A stretch of DNA of 64,000 nucleotides from Octopus vulgaris (GCA_951406725.2 OX597815.1:59210001-59274000), one strand, 5' to 3'; shown: positions 37,375-54,525, counted from the stretch's first letter. Notes: generated by a model from the letters alone, not told the origin. A program made the numbers and translations.

Positions 37375-39004
37375 TGATTGATTGATTCTAGTTTCAGCTC
37401 ATGAGCTGTGACCATGCTGGGGCACCGCCATTTGGTGTTGCTACTTGGTTTTACTTCACGAAAGCTTTTTAGCAACTGCCATTTGGTGCATGGGAGAGTT
37501 CGATGCAGCTGCCCTCATCTGCACCTCCTGCCGTGAAGTTGGTTCATCTGGGACACCTGACAGGAAGAGATCCAGTTCCATTTTAAAGACATCTGCATCC
37601 ACCCCATGAAGGTCTCTCAGGTTCTTCGGGAGGACATTGAAGAGCTGTGGGCCTCGGAAGCCCAGGCTATCACAGTATCTTGTTCTACATCTTGATGGCA
37701 AATTTGGAGTCCTAGGCACCACGCAGTGACGCCCAGTTCTGGCATTTGTGTAACTCTCGATGCCAAAGTTTGGGACACGTCCCTCCAGGATCTTCCAGAT
37801 GTATATTATGGCATATCTTTCCCGCCTACGCTCCAAGGAATATAGTTTTAATCTCTTGAGTCTTTCCCAGTAGCTTACATTCTGCATAGAGGCTATCTTC
37901 TTTGTGTAGCTACGCTGGATCGCCTCGAGCTCTGTGATCAACTTGACACTGGATGGTGACCATAACTGAGAGCAGTAGTCAAAGTGGCTTAGGACAAGTG
38001 TCCTCCAGAGGACCATCATGGTTTCTTGTTCTCTTGTTCTAAAGGTTCTGAGAATCCATCCGGCCAGTCGTCTACATTTCATTGCCAATTTAGCAACATG
38101 TACACGAAAAGTTGCGTCATCACTCATGTAAATACCCAGGTCACGCACTGATTGTGCCTCTGGGATTGCTATTCCTCCGGGTCCAGTGTATTCATTGGGT
38201 ATTGCATTCAGTTTTGCATGCTGATAGTATAAAGCTTGAAACTTTTCAGCATTGAACTGCATGCTATTCTTTTCAGCCCACTTGTATATTTTGTCCAGCT
38301 CACATTGCAGGCGTTTAGTGTCCTCAGGGTTCTGTATTGCCTGTGAAACTTTTGTATCATCTGCATAACTTGTGATCGTGGCTCTCTGCGTGGCTGAGGG
38401 CATGTCTGAGAGGGCCATTATGAACAGTAGTGGTCCCAGAACAGTGCCCTGCGGAACACCGCTCACTATTTGTGTGTTAATGGAAGTGGCCCCATTGGCT
38501 ACTACCACCTGACTTCTATCTTTCAGAAAGTCATGAAGCCATTCTCCCAGTTTTCCAACTATGTTGAGATCACGCAGTTTGTGACATATCATTCTATGAT
38601 CGACTTTATCAAAGGCCTTTGCAAAGTCGAGATATATGACTTCCACATTTGAGTGGTTGAGCAGCCGTTTCAGCACCCAGTCATAGTGTTGTAGGAGCTG
38701 AGTTAAACAGCTTCTCCCTGGTCGGAAACCATGTTGGGTGTCGGGCAGCAAGTCATTTTCTTCAAGGAAGGTGATCAGTTTCCTTCTGACTATTAGTTCC
38801 ATGACCTTGCTGATGTGTGAGGTCAGAGAGATAGGTCTGTAGTTCTTGGCCTCCGCTCTGCTACCTCCTTTATGAATGGGGCATATTTTACCTTCCTTCA
38901 ATTTTTTTGGAGGTTTGCCAGCTGCAAGGAAGCTCTGAAAGAGGAACTGCAGTGGTCTTGCTAGGACTCTCTTACATGCTTTTAGGAGGATTGCCGGGAA
39001 TCCA
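37375..39004 (-). mobile_element. CR1-group LINE, 5'-truncated, RT frame uninterrupted
   Basis: Open frame 39004-37456: NYRPISLTS, QHGFRPGRSC, YLDFAKAFDKVDH, SGVPQGTVLGP, YADD. Confidence 0.95.
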
Positions 39005-39019
39005 TATATGTATATATAT

Positions 39020-39189
39020 ATGTAAAAAGCACCCACTACACTCACGGAGTGGTTGGCGTTAGGAAGGGCATCCAGCCGTAGAAACACTGCCAAATCTGAC
39101 TGGGCCTGATGAAGCCTCCCAGCTTCACAGACCCCAGTTAAACTGTCCAACCCATGCTAGCATGGAAAACAGACGCTAAATGATGATGT
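39020..39189 (+). mobile_element. RTE-type 3' UTR end
   Basis: AAAAAGCACCCACTACACTC..GATGATG. Confidence 0.85.
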
Positions 39190-39197
39190 ATATATAC

Positions 39198-39604
39198 TTT
39201 TTTACTCTTTTACTTGTTTCAGTCATTTTTGACTGTGGCCAAGCTGGAGCACCGCCTTTAGTCGAACAAATCGACCCCGGGACTTATTGTTTGTAAGCCC
39301 AGTACTTATTCTATCGGTCTCTTTTGCCGAACCGCTAAGAGACGGGGACGTAAACACACCAGCATCGGTTGTCAAGCAATGCTAGGGGGACAAACACAGA
39401 CACACAAACACACACACACATATATATATATATACATATATACGACAAGCTTCTTTCAGTTTCCGTCTACCAAATCCACTCAAGGCATTGGTCGGCCCGG
39501 GGCTATAGCAGAAGACACCTGCCCAAGATGCCACACAGTGGGACTGAACCCGGAACCATGTGGTTGGTTAGCAAGCTACTTACCACACAACCACTCCTGC
39601 GCCT
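39198..39604 (-). mobile_element. tRNA-derived SINE, full length
   Basis: Head GGCGCAGGAGTGGTTGTGTGGT..GGTTCAGTCCC; tail as 361-755. Confidence 0.9.
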
Positions 39605-39607
39605 ATA

Positions 39608-39662
<55 letters not shown>

Positions 39663-39849
39663 GTATATATATATATGTATATATATATATATGTATATAT
39701 ATATATGTATATATATATGTGTATATATATATGTATATATATATATGTATATATATATATATGTATATATATATGTGTATATGTATATATGTGTATATAT
39801 ATGTGTATATGTATATATGTGTATATATATATGTGTATGTATGTATATG

Positions 39850-39886
<37 letters not shown>

Positions 39887-39893
39887 GTATATA

Positions 39894-41590
39894 TCTCTTA
39901 TTATAAAAGGCAGATTTTATCTGCCTCCCTTTGGGAGTTATACAAATCTACAATATAGGATTTCTTCAATTACAATTTACCTACAATTTTTAAGAGTACA
40001 ATGCATCGCGTCATGCCAGGTCCAGTTTTTAAAATTTAAACTCCAATTAAGCAAAATTTACAGAAAACTCACATTCTGGTGTGTGTGTCAAATGCTTTTA
40101 TTAGTCTGGTTTACAGCACACGCAAACGCACACACACAGTGTGCAATGAATAAACTGAAACTAATTCACTGTGTGTTGACAGGTAGAAAATAGAATGCGA
40201 TAGCGATGGCGATGGCTATGGCGATGGCGATGGCGATGGCTATGGCGATGGCGATGTAATATTTGTTTCTCTCTATGACGCTCATAAAAGAATTGATGTA
40301 CATGTGTGCGTGCGTGAGTGTGTGTGTGTCATTCCTCACACACACGCATACACATACATATATAAGAGTGGCAAACACAAACGTTTCAAACAACTACATA
40401 CAAACACGTGTGTGTTTGTTATTAGTAAAAAAAGGCGCCAAAACACAACTCACTTATCATTCCAACACATTTGCAAAGACACACGGACGGTCGAATAACA
40501 ATACAGAAAAGGTAAATTGGTTTTTATTTTACTCTGTATATATTTTATTATATAATATTATATATAGATATATGTATATATAATTGCAGTATGAAACAGT
40601 GTTTATGTATAAACAGACGACACTGATATATAGTTATTAATAAATGTATGCATCCGTTTAACCCTTTCGTTACCAAACCGCCCGAAAAAATTTTGGTTAA
40701 TGTGACCAAGCCGCCCGAATTTACCTATTCATATTTAAATGAGAATATCAGAGTAAATCTCTTTAGAACATTCGTGAAAACACGTATTATACTTCGTAAA
40801 CAGTTCAACTACAGTTTTGTACAAAAATCGATTTGTAATTTTAATTCCGTGAATTATGGGAGATTTTTCCCGAAATTTGTTCCTATTGTGTTTTCAAAAT
40901 TTGTAATTCTGACAAAAAATGGATACGAATTTCATTATATCAAGCAGCGAGTCAGAATTCGAAGGATTTTCTACTGAAGACCTTCATAAATCTAACTCTA
41001 TGACTGAAAAAAAAAGCATGTGGTATTTGATCTCAACCTAAACAAAGCGAAAGAAACGATAGTTTGTTATTTCCCACAACCTTAAATGAAATTAAGGCCT
41101 ATTTTGCCATAAATATTATTATGGGTATTAGAAAGTTACCCAGAATAACAAATTCTATCGTAAAATTTTGTTGTATACCCAATTGAATATTAGCTAATAA
41201 CCCATTTTCTATAGCGATGTTTGAACAAAATTTTAATAATTTTATATATTGTTGAATTTACCTGTATCTACCTGAAATTAGAGTCACTTTGTGACAAAAA
41301 TTATAGTATAGAATTGGTTGAGAACATTTCACTAAATTATCTTCCAAAAATCAGATTAATATATTCATAAATAAAAAAGTTATAGTTGTTTAATGAAACC
41401 AGACTAAATTTATGATTACGTTAGAAATTAATTGAAACACATAAGGGGTGTATTTTGGTCATAAATATAGTAACGAAAGGGTTAAGAAAAACCAAAAAAT
41501 ATTTTATTCTTTGTAAATGTTGTGTTCAAAATAACATTTTCTTTTAAGAATGTGTATATAACAAAGTATGTGTATATAACTACGTGGCTT
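39894..41590 (+). mobile_element. Probable Helitron-like non-autonomous element hosting the piggyBac copy
   Basis: A|TC start TCTCTTATTATAAAAGGCAGA; internal (GCGATG)n at 40197-40256; no clear 3' end. Confidence 0.35.
40662..41481 (+). mobile_element. piggyBac deletion derivative, second copy with extra internal deletion
   Basis: TTAA at 40658-40661 and 41482-41485; same TIRs; colinear with 17991-19058 except ~250 bp lost near 41030. Confidence 0.95.
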
Positions 41591-41593
41591 ATA

Positions 41594-41993
41594 TCTTTAT
41601 ATATAAGAGTGAAGTTGTGTGTCTGTCTCCTACGATTTAGATTCGTAACTACTCCCACATTTTGCGGTGCAGTTTAACCAAAAGCGGGTATCTTATAGTC
41701 GTGATTCATATCGAGCCCTTCTGGGTATTAGCGCGCGTCTACGATGAGTCTACGATTTAAAAAAATTTACCATCATATTTTTCCATTTTAATGCATATTT
41801 TTCGTTATTATATAAGGGAAGTAACTCTCTAAAAATATCTACGATGTGTCAACGATTTAAAAAAAAAATTTACCTTAATTTTTTTTCAATTTTTAATGCA
41901 TTTTTTAAAAATATTTTTTGGCTATAACTCTCTAAAAATGCTTATATAGTTATTTCCCTTACAAACCCGAGCAACGCCGGGCGATACTGCTAG
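41594..41993 (+). mobile_element. Non-autonomous Helitron
   Basis: A|TC ... CCCG-AGCAACGC-CGGG hairpin ... CTAG|T; internal duplication TCTACGATG.GTC.ACGATTTAAAA. Confidence 0.8.
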
Positions 41994-41995
41994 TG

Positions 41996-42047
<52 letters not shown>

Positions 42048-42048
42048 T

Positions 42049-44516
42049 GTAACTTCAGGAAACCTACCAGCCACCTAGTCACCTACCGATCGGGCCAACA
42101 TACCAGCCAAATTGACTACATCCTTGCCAGGCAAAGGGAGAGATGGCTGCTTATAAATGCCAAAACCTTCCCAGGTGAAGAATGTACCCCACAACATAGA
42201 CTGGTAATTAGTGACTTTAGGATCAGGACTAGGAGGACAACCAGAAGACGACCAACATGGAGAAGAAGGGTCTGGAAACTTAAAGATCCTGCGAATGGAC
42301 AGAGATTTAGAGACATGCTACTTGATGCCTTTGACGAAGTAGAAGGGGATAGAGTATCACATGGGGTAGAGGGCAACTGGACGTTTCTAAGGGACAACCT
42401 GCTGAGAGCCACTGACCAGATCTGTGGTTGGTGCAAAGTCCCCTCTCGTCCCATGTAGTGGTGGAACAGTGTTGTAGACAGGGCTATTAGAGAAAAGAGA
42501 CAGACTTCGAAGCACTGGAAGAATGGTGGTAGCAGGGAATTGTATCAGACTGCTAAAAAGGAAGCTAGGAGACAGGTCTATCTAGCCAGAGGGGAAGCAG
42601 ATAAGAAAAAATTTGCCAATGTTCTGCGCCGTGAGGACCAAAGACTGGAGGTGTTTCGCGTTGCAAGACAGTGTGTGAGAGAGAATTGTGATGTGGTAGG
42701 AGAGAAGGGTGTTCGCATGGAAGATGGTTCACTTGCGCTAAATGAGGATGCAAAGAGAGAGGTTTGGAGACGCCACTATGAAAGGTTGCTGAATAAAGGA
42801 AATGAATGGGATAAAGAGAGTCTGCCAAATGTTGACCCAACAGAGGGACCAGCTATCAGAGTTGATAGTTCCTTGGTAGTTAAGGCAATTAGAAGGATGA
42901 AGACAGGGAAAGCCCCTGGCCCATCAGGTATCACTGCAGAGATGCTCAAAATATCTGGTAGTGTCGGCTATAGCCTAGTCACCTGTATAGTTAATCAGGT
43001 GATACACGAAGGAGTCATACCCAATGACTGGTGTAGCAGCATAATAGTCAACTGCTACAAAGGTAAAGGTGATGCCCTAGATACAAATAATTACAGAGGT
43101 ATCAAGCTGTTGGATCAGGTGATGAAGGTTACGGAGCGGGTCATAGCCCAACTAATTAGAGAGAGAGTTAGTTTAGATGAGATGCAGTTTGGGTTCGTGC
43201 CAGGGAAAAGTACCACTGATGCTATATTCCTGGTAAGGCAGCTGCAGGAGAAATACCTAGCCAAAGATAAGCCCCTGTACCTGGCTTTTGTTGACATGGA
43301 GAAAGCCTTCGACAGGGTCCCCCGATCCCTCATCTGGTGGTCAATGAGGAAACTAGGAATAGATGAATGGTTAGTGAGAGCTGTGCGAGCCATGTACAGG
43401 GACGCTGCTAGTAAGGTGAGGGTTGGCAACGAGTACAGTGAAGAATTCCGGGTAGAGGTAGGGGTCCACCAAGGCTCAATCCTCAGCCCCTTCCTATTTA
43501 TCATAGTCCTCCAGGCAATAACGGAGGAATTCAAGACAGGATGCCCTTGGGAGCTCCTCTATGCTGATGACCTTGCTCTAATTGCTGAGTCACTATCAGA
43601 ACTGGAGGAGAAGTTTCAGGTGTGGAAGCAAGGTTTAGAATCGAAGGGCCTTAGAGTCAATCTAGCTAAAACCAAAGTTGTAATAAGTAGGAAGGTAGAC
43701 AAATCACAAACGCCTTCAGGTAGATGGCCCTGCTTGATCTGTAGAAAATGTGTAGGTAGAAACTCTATAAGATGCACCAAGTGTAAGCTATGAACACATA
43801 AGAGGTGCAGCAATGTCAAAGGAAGGCTAACTAGGAAGATGGTTTTTGTATGTGCCAGATGCTCAGGAACAATAAACACTGAAAATGCTCTGAGACCAAC
43901 TTCTGTCACTTTCCAGGGAGAAAAACTAGAAACAGTTGATAGCTTCCGTTACCTAGGTGACCAAGTCAGCAGCGGGGGCGGGTGTGCTGAAAGTGTAACT
44001 GCTAGAGTAAGAATAGCTTGGGCAAAATTCAGAGAGCTCTTACCTCTTCTGGTGACAAAAGGCCTCTCGCTCAGAGTAAAAGGCAGACTGTATGATGTGT
44101 GTGTACGAACAGCCATGCTACATGGCAGTGAAACATGAGCCTTGACTGCTGAGGATATGCGTAAGCTCACATGAAATGAAGCCAGTATGCTCCGATAGAT
44201 GTGTAATGTCAGTGCTCATACTCGACAGAGTGTAAGTACCATGAGAGAAAAGCTGGACCTAAGAAGCATCAGATGTGGTGTGCAAGAGAGACGTTTGCGC
44301 TGGTATGGGCATGTGGCGAGAATGGATGAAGACAGTTGTGTGGAAAAGTGCCACACCCTAGCGGTTGAGGGAACCTGTGGAAGAGGCAGACCCAGGAAAA
44401 CCTGGGACGAGGTGGTGAAGCACGACCTTCGAACTTTAGGTCTCACTGAGGAAATGGCTAGAGACCGAGACCTCTGGAAGTATGCTGTGCGCGAGAAGAC
44501 CCAGCAGGACAAGTGA
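42049..44516 (+). pseudogene. RTE ORF (APE C-terminus, RT, PHD-like finger) with premature stops
   Basis: ORF pieces 42009-42458, 42540-43793, 43839-44138, 44199-44516. Confidence 0.9.
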
Positions 44517-45207
44517 GACCATAACCCGTGGCCTTCTACATAGGATGTAGCCAGCCCACTTCTTGGGACACAAAACTCTACTTGTGAAGACCTGTTGAGG
44601 CAAGTGAGAATCAGAATTGAAATTGATCAATGGAAATTGCAGCTGAGTTACCAGTGCTGGTTGCACGTAAGAGAACCATCCGAATGTGGCTGTTGCCAGT
44701 GCCGCCCCGAATGGCCTCGGGCCGGTGGCACATAAAAAGCACCATCTGTTCGTGGCTGTTGCCAGACTGGCCTTGCCCCCGTGCCGGTGGCACATAAAAT
44801 GCACCATCAGTTTGTGGCCGTCTGCCAGACTCATCTGCACCACCATCCGTTCGTGGTCGTTGCCAGCGCCGTCCCGACTGGCCTCGTGCCGGTGGCACGT
44901 AAAAAGCTCCATCCATTCGTGGCTGTTGCCAGCCTTGCCTGGCCCCCGTGCCGGTGGCACGTAAAAAGCACCATCCATCTGTGGCCGTTTGCCAGCTCCG
45001 TCTGGCACCTGTGCGTGTGGCGCGTAAAAAGCACCCACTACACTCACGGAGTGGTTGGCGTTAGGAAGGGCATCCAGCCGTAGAAACACTGCCAGATCAG
45101 ACTGGGCCTGATGCAGCCTTCTGGCTTCACAGACCCCAGTTGAACCGTCCAACCCATGCTAGCATGGAAAGCGGTCGCTAAATAATGATGATGATGATGA
45201 TGATGAT
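42049..45207 (+). mobile_element. RTE-clade LINE with PHD-like finger after the RT core, 5'-truncated
   Basis: SQIDYIL..QHRLVI (APE end); NYRGIKLL, QFGF, FVDMEKAFDRV, GVHQGS, YADD; C-terminal [15 protein letters not shown]. Confidence 0.94.
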
Positions 45208-45284
45208 GTATATATATGTGTATATATATGTATATATATATATGTATATATATATCTGTATATATATATGTATATATATATATG

Positions 45285-45331
<47 letters not shown>

Positions 45332-45360
45332 GTATATATATATATAAGTATATATATATG

Positions 45361-45391
<31 letters not shown>

Positions 45392-45392
45392 G

Positions 45393-45430
<38 letters not shown>

Positions 45431-45571
45431 TATGTGTATATATATATGTGTATATATATATGTGTATATATATATATGTGTATATATATATATGTGTATA
45501 TATATATATGTGTATATATATATATGTGTATATATATATGTGTATATATGTATATATATATGTCTATATAT

Positions 45572-45602
<31 letters not shown>

Positions 45603-45604
45603 TA

Positions 45605-46377
45605 TTAGGCCTCACCAAGGAAATGACAAGTGACCGAGACCTTTGGAAATATGCTGTGCATGACAAGACCCGGCAAGCCAAATGAAACCATAATTTCATG
45701 GCCTATGCCAGGGGTGTAACCAGCCCACTTGTACGTAACGTTTTCCTTCTTTGGTCACAAAAACTCTGCTTGCGATGACCTGTTGAGGCAAGTGAAATCA
45801 AATGAAATGAAATCAAATCAAATCAATCAAAAGCAAAATCGATGACTGGCATCCATGCTGGCAGGGTGCAAAGAGCACCATACGAGCATGATCATTGACA
45901 GAGCAGCTAACCGGCTTTCATGCCAGTGACATTTAAAGGGCACCATTCGAGCGTGATCATTAACAGCGTCGCCTTACTGACACTTGTGCCCGTGCTAGTA
46001 GGGTGCCAAGAGCACCATCCGAGTGTGATCGTTGCCAGAGCAGCCAACTGGCTTCCATGCCAGTGGCACGTAAAAGGACACCATTCAAGCGTGATCATTA
46101 CCAACGTCGCCTTACTGACACCTGTGCTGGTGGCATGTGTAAAAGGATTCGAGCGAGGTCATTGCCAGTACCGCCTGACTGGCCCCCGTGCCAGTGGCAC
46201 GTAAAGAGCACCCACTACACCCTCGGAGTGGTTGGCGTTGGGAAGGGCATCCAGCTGTAGAAACTCTGCCAAATCAAGATTGGAGACTGGTGCAACCATC
46301 TGGTTCGCCAGCCCTCAGTCAAATCGTCCAACCCATGCTAGCATGGAAAGTGGCCATTAAATGATGATGATGATGAT
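45605..46377 (+). mobile_element. 3' fragment of a related RTE subfamily
   Basis: [18 protein letters not shown]; diverged 3' UTR repeat units; (GAT)n tail. Confidence 0.88.
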
Positions 46378-46474
46378 ATGCCTATATATATGTATATGCA
46401 TATATATGTATATGCATATGCATATGCATATATATATGTATATATATATATATGTATATGCATATACATGTATA

Positions 46475-46521
<47 letters not shown>

Positions 46522-46549
46522 TTTATTAAAAAGCAGCAAAAATATCACA

Positions 46550-46595
46550 AAAACTGTTACTCAGAGTTTTACACTCTTGTTCATTGGACAGTTTT
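46550..46595 (-). ncRNA. Minimal hammerhead-like motif, core decayed
   Basis: AAAACUGU CCAAUGA ACA-AGAG-UGU AAAA CUC U GAG UA ACAGUUUU; 46521-46609 homologous to 60701-60789. Confidence 0.55.
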
Positions 46596-46859
46596 ATTTA
46601 GAATGGAACAAAAATAAAATTATAAACAAAAATATACAATTAGTTTAATAGATACACATTTGAAAATAGTTTTGTTTCATTGGTCCTTTCAAGTAACGGT
46701 CTTTTTTATGTTGGTTGCATGCAATGAACTAATTGCAGTATAAAAACATCATCTTATTTAAAAGATTGAAGAAAACCTTAAATCGAAAATAGCTTATAAA
46801 GAAGGGCAGAGCCTGAATACCCAGGGTAAATGATTATTTGTAAAATATTAATCAATTCA

Positions 46860-46920
46860 GCGGTGGTGCCCCAGCATGGCCGCAGCCTTCAGGCTGAAAC
46901 ATTTTTAAGGATTTAAGGAA
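46860..46920 (+). mobile_element. Isolated CR1-group 3' tail
   Basis: Matches tail of 25914-29030 (CAGCCTTC.GGCTGAAACATTTTTAAGGATTTA). Confidence 0.8.
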
Positions 46921-47545
46921 TTAATACATTAAATGTTATATCCATTTAAGAAAAAATGTTCACGTTGGATTACATATACATTTAACAGTATATGCACATA
47001 CCAAACCATCTATAATATACGTATATACACTAAACATACAGACACATATACATAGCTACATATATATACAGACATATATAGGCAAGATATCAATATATAT
47101 ACAAATGCATATATATATATGCACACACACGCACAAAATCTCCTGGCGTGTGCTTATACAATTTATTTGTTACAGGCGAAAGAAAGAGAAAGAAAAAATC
47201 AGTATGATGGGGAGGAAGAAAACAGTGGAAAAGAAAAAAAAGAAAAAGAAATAAAAGAAAGAGAAACAGAAAATTAGAGAGAGAAAGGTAAAATAGTTAA
47301 GGATAGAGAGTGTTACATCATTGCGTTTGAAAGTATCTCAGGACAGTTAGATACTCTGTGTAGCTTACGCAATGAACACAAAAACACACATGAAATTATA
47401 TGTATATCTACATAAGCACAAAACATGCATACAAATATACACACATATAGATACGCATACAAATATACTAAAATATATATGCAAATACATGCCCACATAT
47501 ACACAAGTATATACACACACACACACATATATATATATGTATATA

Positions 47546-47588
<43 letters not shown>

Positions 47589-47599
47589 TAATATATGTA

Positions 47600-47642
<43 letters not shown>

Positions 47643-47654
47643 TATACACGCACG

Positions 47655-50600
47655 CAGAAATTCCGGGATGGTGTCCAGCGTGCTCAAAGGCCACTGGGAG
47701 TGAGGCGCCCCTCAGCTTTTGTTAAAGCATGTCTCTAGGAGAAGGTTACTCTGATATAAAACCAGATTTGCAGGGAATGGCATTGGACATTTTGGGGATC
47801 TTTGGTTTGTGCTAGAGATCACGGCACTCCCACATCCCTGAGCCTGCGACTCATATTGCCACCAGACATCTTGCTCCGGCTTGTCTCTGGATAATGCCAA
47901 TAAAGTGGAGAGGGTCTATGAGGTGTTGTGCAAGCCTTATTGGACCTAAAACTCTGCAGAGGCATTGCTAACCTCTGCTCGATATGTGCATTTTTTTTAT
48001 ACATATATATATATTTATCTTATTTTTAGTATATATTTATCTTATTTTTAGTATATATTTTCTTCATTTTTTTTTATTCGGAAGTCCTGTGGCGATGGGA
48101 AGGTGGTGAAGCATGCAGACCTGACGAGTTGGAAGCATGTAGTCGGCGACCTGCATGTAGGCGGCCCATGCTAGATATAAAATCGTCTCGTTGTCGTCCA
48201 AGACAGCACTAGGATTCGGTTGCTGCATGGGTGTCTGAGCAGCTCCATTTGGAGAGGGCACTGTTCACCCGGAGACCGGGGAGGTTCTAGAAAAGGTGAA
48301 CCAAAAATTGTCTGTCTTTCCATATCTGGTCAGTTGAGTGTGACCAACGGATGTCCACCCTGCACTTGAAAAACAAAGAGTCTTTTATCTATAAAATCTG
48401 AACAGAACTTAAACATTTCATGTTGGAACGTGCGCACTCTGTTGAACAACAAGAGTGATTGCAGGCCTGAAAGATGCACTGCACTTGTTGCTCGTGTGCT
48501 GAACCATTATAAAATTGATATAGCTGCACTCTCAGAGACTTGTATAGAAGGTGATGGTCAGCTTGAGGAGGTAGGAGGTGGATACACCTTTTTTTAGAAA
48601 GGAAGGCAGAAGGAGGGGCGCAGAGAGGCTGGTGTTGGTTTTGCAGTCCGATCAGATATCCTTAAGAAGTTGGAAGAGCTCCCTGTTCCTATAAATGAAC
48701 GTATAATGACGCTATGGTTGCACTTGAAAGGTAAGTGGTATGCTACTCCAATAAGTGCCTATGGACCTACTTTGACTAGCTGTGATGAAGATAAAACAAT
48801 CTTTTATATCCAGCTGAGAGCCATACTTAGAAAAATCCCCAATTCTGATAAAGTCATTCTACTGGGGGATTTTAATGCCAGGGTTGGAACAGACTGGTAA
48901 ACATGGAACTCTCTAGGACGTTTTGGAGTAGGGAAAATCAATAGCAACGGTCTCATGCTACTGGAGCTTTGCGAAGAACATGGACTTTACATTGCAAGCA
49001 CTCATTTTGTAAAATCACTACTGAAGCGATCTCTCAGGAAGATGCAGAACACTTGGTGGGGGGATCTTGCTCATGATGTTCAGGCTACTGCTGATGCAAA
49101 TGACAGCAAGAAGCTTTACCATCTTATGAAGTGAGCTTATGGACCTAAGAGCTCCACATCAGCTCCTTTGCTTTCCAAGGAGTCTTCCACTCTGTTTACT
49201 AAATCAACAGAAATCACAGGTCGCTGGATCGAACACTTCTCTGAACTCCTAAACCATGAGACAGTGATTGATACTATGCAACAAAGACCTATCATTGGCT
49301 CCTTAGACTCCCCGCCCTCAATAGATGAAGTAATGACATCAATAAGTAAATTGAATCTTGGTAGGGCACCTGGAAAGGATGGAATTTGTGCTGAGGTCTT
49401 GCGATTTGGTGGTAATTACATCACACAGTCCCTTCATGAACTTATTAGTGCAGTCTGGAGGGATGGTGCAATCCCTAAGGACTGGAAGGATGCAATTATT
49501 CTTTCTCTATATAAAGGAAAAGCAGCCAGAATAATGTGTGGTAACTACAGAGGTATTGCTCTACTATCAGCTGCAGGCATGGTTCTGACAAATATTCTTC
49601 TTACCTGTCTGAATAGGTGTCTCGTAAATGATGTCCTATCTGAATCTCAATGTGGCTTCCGATCTGGTAGAAGGACAATGGATATGATTTTCACAGCAAG
49701 ACAGATGCAGGAGAAGTGCTATGAGCAGAATATGGATCTTGTCCAGGTATTCATTGATTTAATAAAGGCCTTCGATACTGTAAATAGGGCCTTTCTATGG
49801 AAAATACTTGGATGTTCGGATCACTCTGTATCTGTAATTAAATCATTTCATGAGGCTTGGGTCAATGTTGGTGGGACCCATTCCCGTAGAGAATGGTGTC
49901 AAGAGTGACATCCTTGCCCCAACTCTTTTTTCTTTGTACTTTGCTGCTGCTTTTACTCATGCTTTTGCTAAGGTTAGCTCTCTGGGAATATATGTCAGAT
50001 ATCAATCTTCTGGTCGCCTCTTTAATCTTCGCCGATTTGCTGCCAATTCAAAGGTTTCCCAGTCTATTATTCGTGACCTCCTTTATGCAGTTGACTGTGA
50101 CTTAGTCACTCATACAGTGGATGACATGCAAATACTCATGAATTGCATTTCTGCTTCTTGCAGGGCATTTGGACTCAGTATTAGCCTGGACAAGACTGTT
50201 GTAATGTTCCAGCCTGCACCAGGAAATCCATATATGGAACCAGCTATCTTGGTTGAAGGAACAATTCTGAAGGTAGAAGACAAGTTTGTCTACCTGGGCA
50301 GCACACGCAGCCTTTGTTGCTCCCTGGATGAGGAAATATCTTTCAGGTTGCTCCCTGGATGAGGAAATATCTTTCAGGTTGCTCCCTGGATGAGGAAATA
50401 TCTTTCAGGTTGAAATATCTCTTCAGTCTTGTGTCTGGTCCCAACAAGGCATCGCAAGGAGAACAAAAGTTGCCGTGTACCGTGCATGTGTACTGACATC
50501 GCTCCTCTATTCATGTGAGACATGGACTCTGTACAAACGTCAGGTAAGGGTCCTTGAACGCTTTCATCAGAGATGTTTCAAACACATTCTCAATGTTAGC

Positions 50601-51147
50601 TGGACCTCAAAAATTCCAGATACACAGGTCCTGAGAACAGCTGATATCTTGAGTATTGGGGCGATGGTGCACAAGCACCAGTTACATTGGACTGGACACC
50701 TTATTAGAATGAAGGATAGTAGGATTCCTAAGCAGATGCTCTATGGAGAACTTGTGAATGGAAGGAGACTCCGGCAGAAACCAAGGCTGTGATTTAAGGA
50801 CTGTGTCAAGTCCTCAATAAAGGCCTGTGTTATGCAGGACACTGACTGGGAGAACAATGCCTGTCATCGCTCCAGATGGTGGAAGCAGGTTAAGGAGGGG
50901 ACCGACACTTTTGAGAGAGCATGTATCCAGCATGAAGAACTTAAGTGAGCTGTACGAAAGTGCATGGCTCATATAGTGAATGGGGAAAGCTTGGTCTGCA
51001 ATGTTTGCAGTCGTGTGTGCTTGTCAAGAGCAGGGCTCATTAGCCACCAACGGAGCCGCAAATGCAATATATAAGTTAGTCCTAGAGCGCACAACGTTCT
51101 TGAAGGTCGGCAATGGTCTTCCTCGGTCACGAGTGGACAGCCATCAT
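47655..51147 (+). mobile_element. RTE (BovB-like) LINE, second copy of the 7637-11312 family
   Basis: Colinear from 7854 onward; shared deletion and stop codons; private 31-bp triplication at 50316-50408. Confidence 0.94.
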
Positions 51148-51213
51148 ATATACATTAATATATGTATGCATATACATATATATGTAAATAAATATAAACA
51201 TACATACATATAT

Positions 51214-51400
51214 TGGCATGTAAAAAGCACCCACTACACTCTCGGAGTGGTTGGCGTTAGGAAGGGCATCCAGCCGTAGAAACATTGCCAGATCAGACTG
51301 GGCCTGGCGCAGCCTTCTGGCTTCTCAGACCCCAGTTGAACCGTCCAACCCATGCTAGCATGGAAAACGGACGCTAAACGATGGTGATGATGATGATGAT
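51214..51400 (+). mobile_element. RTE-type 3' UTR end
   Basis: Same tail as 45020-45207. Confidence 0.85.
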
Positions 51401-54453
<3,053 letters not shown>

Positions 54454-54525
54454 TATATATATATACATATACACACACATATATATATATACATATATAC
54501 ACACATATATATATACACTCACACA

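Noticed and set aside
43791-44198. Several Trp-to-stop changes in the RTE as targeted G-to-A editing or recoding
   Set aside because: Too few events; TGG to TGA/TAG is a common route to stops under neutral decay.
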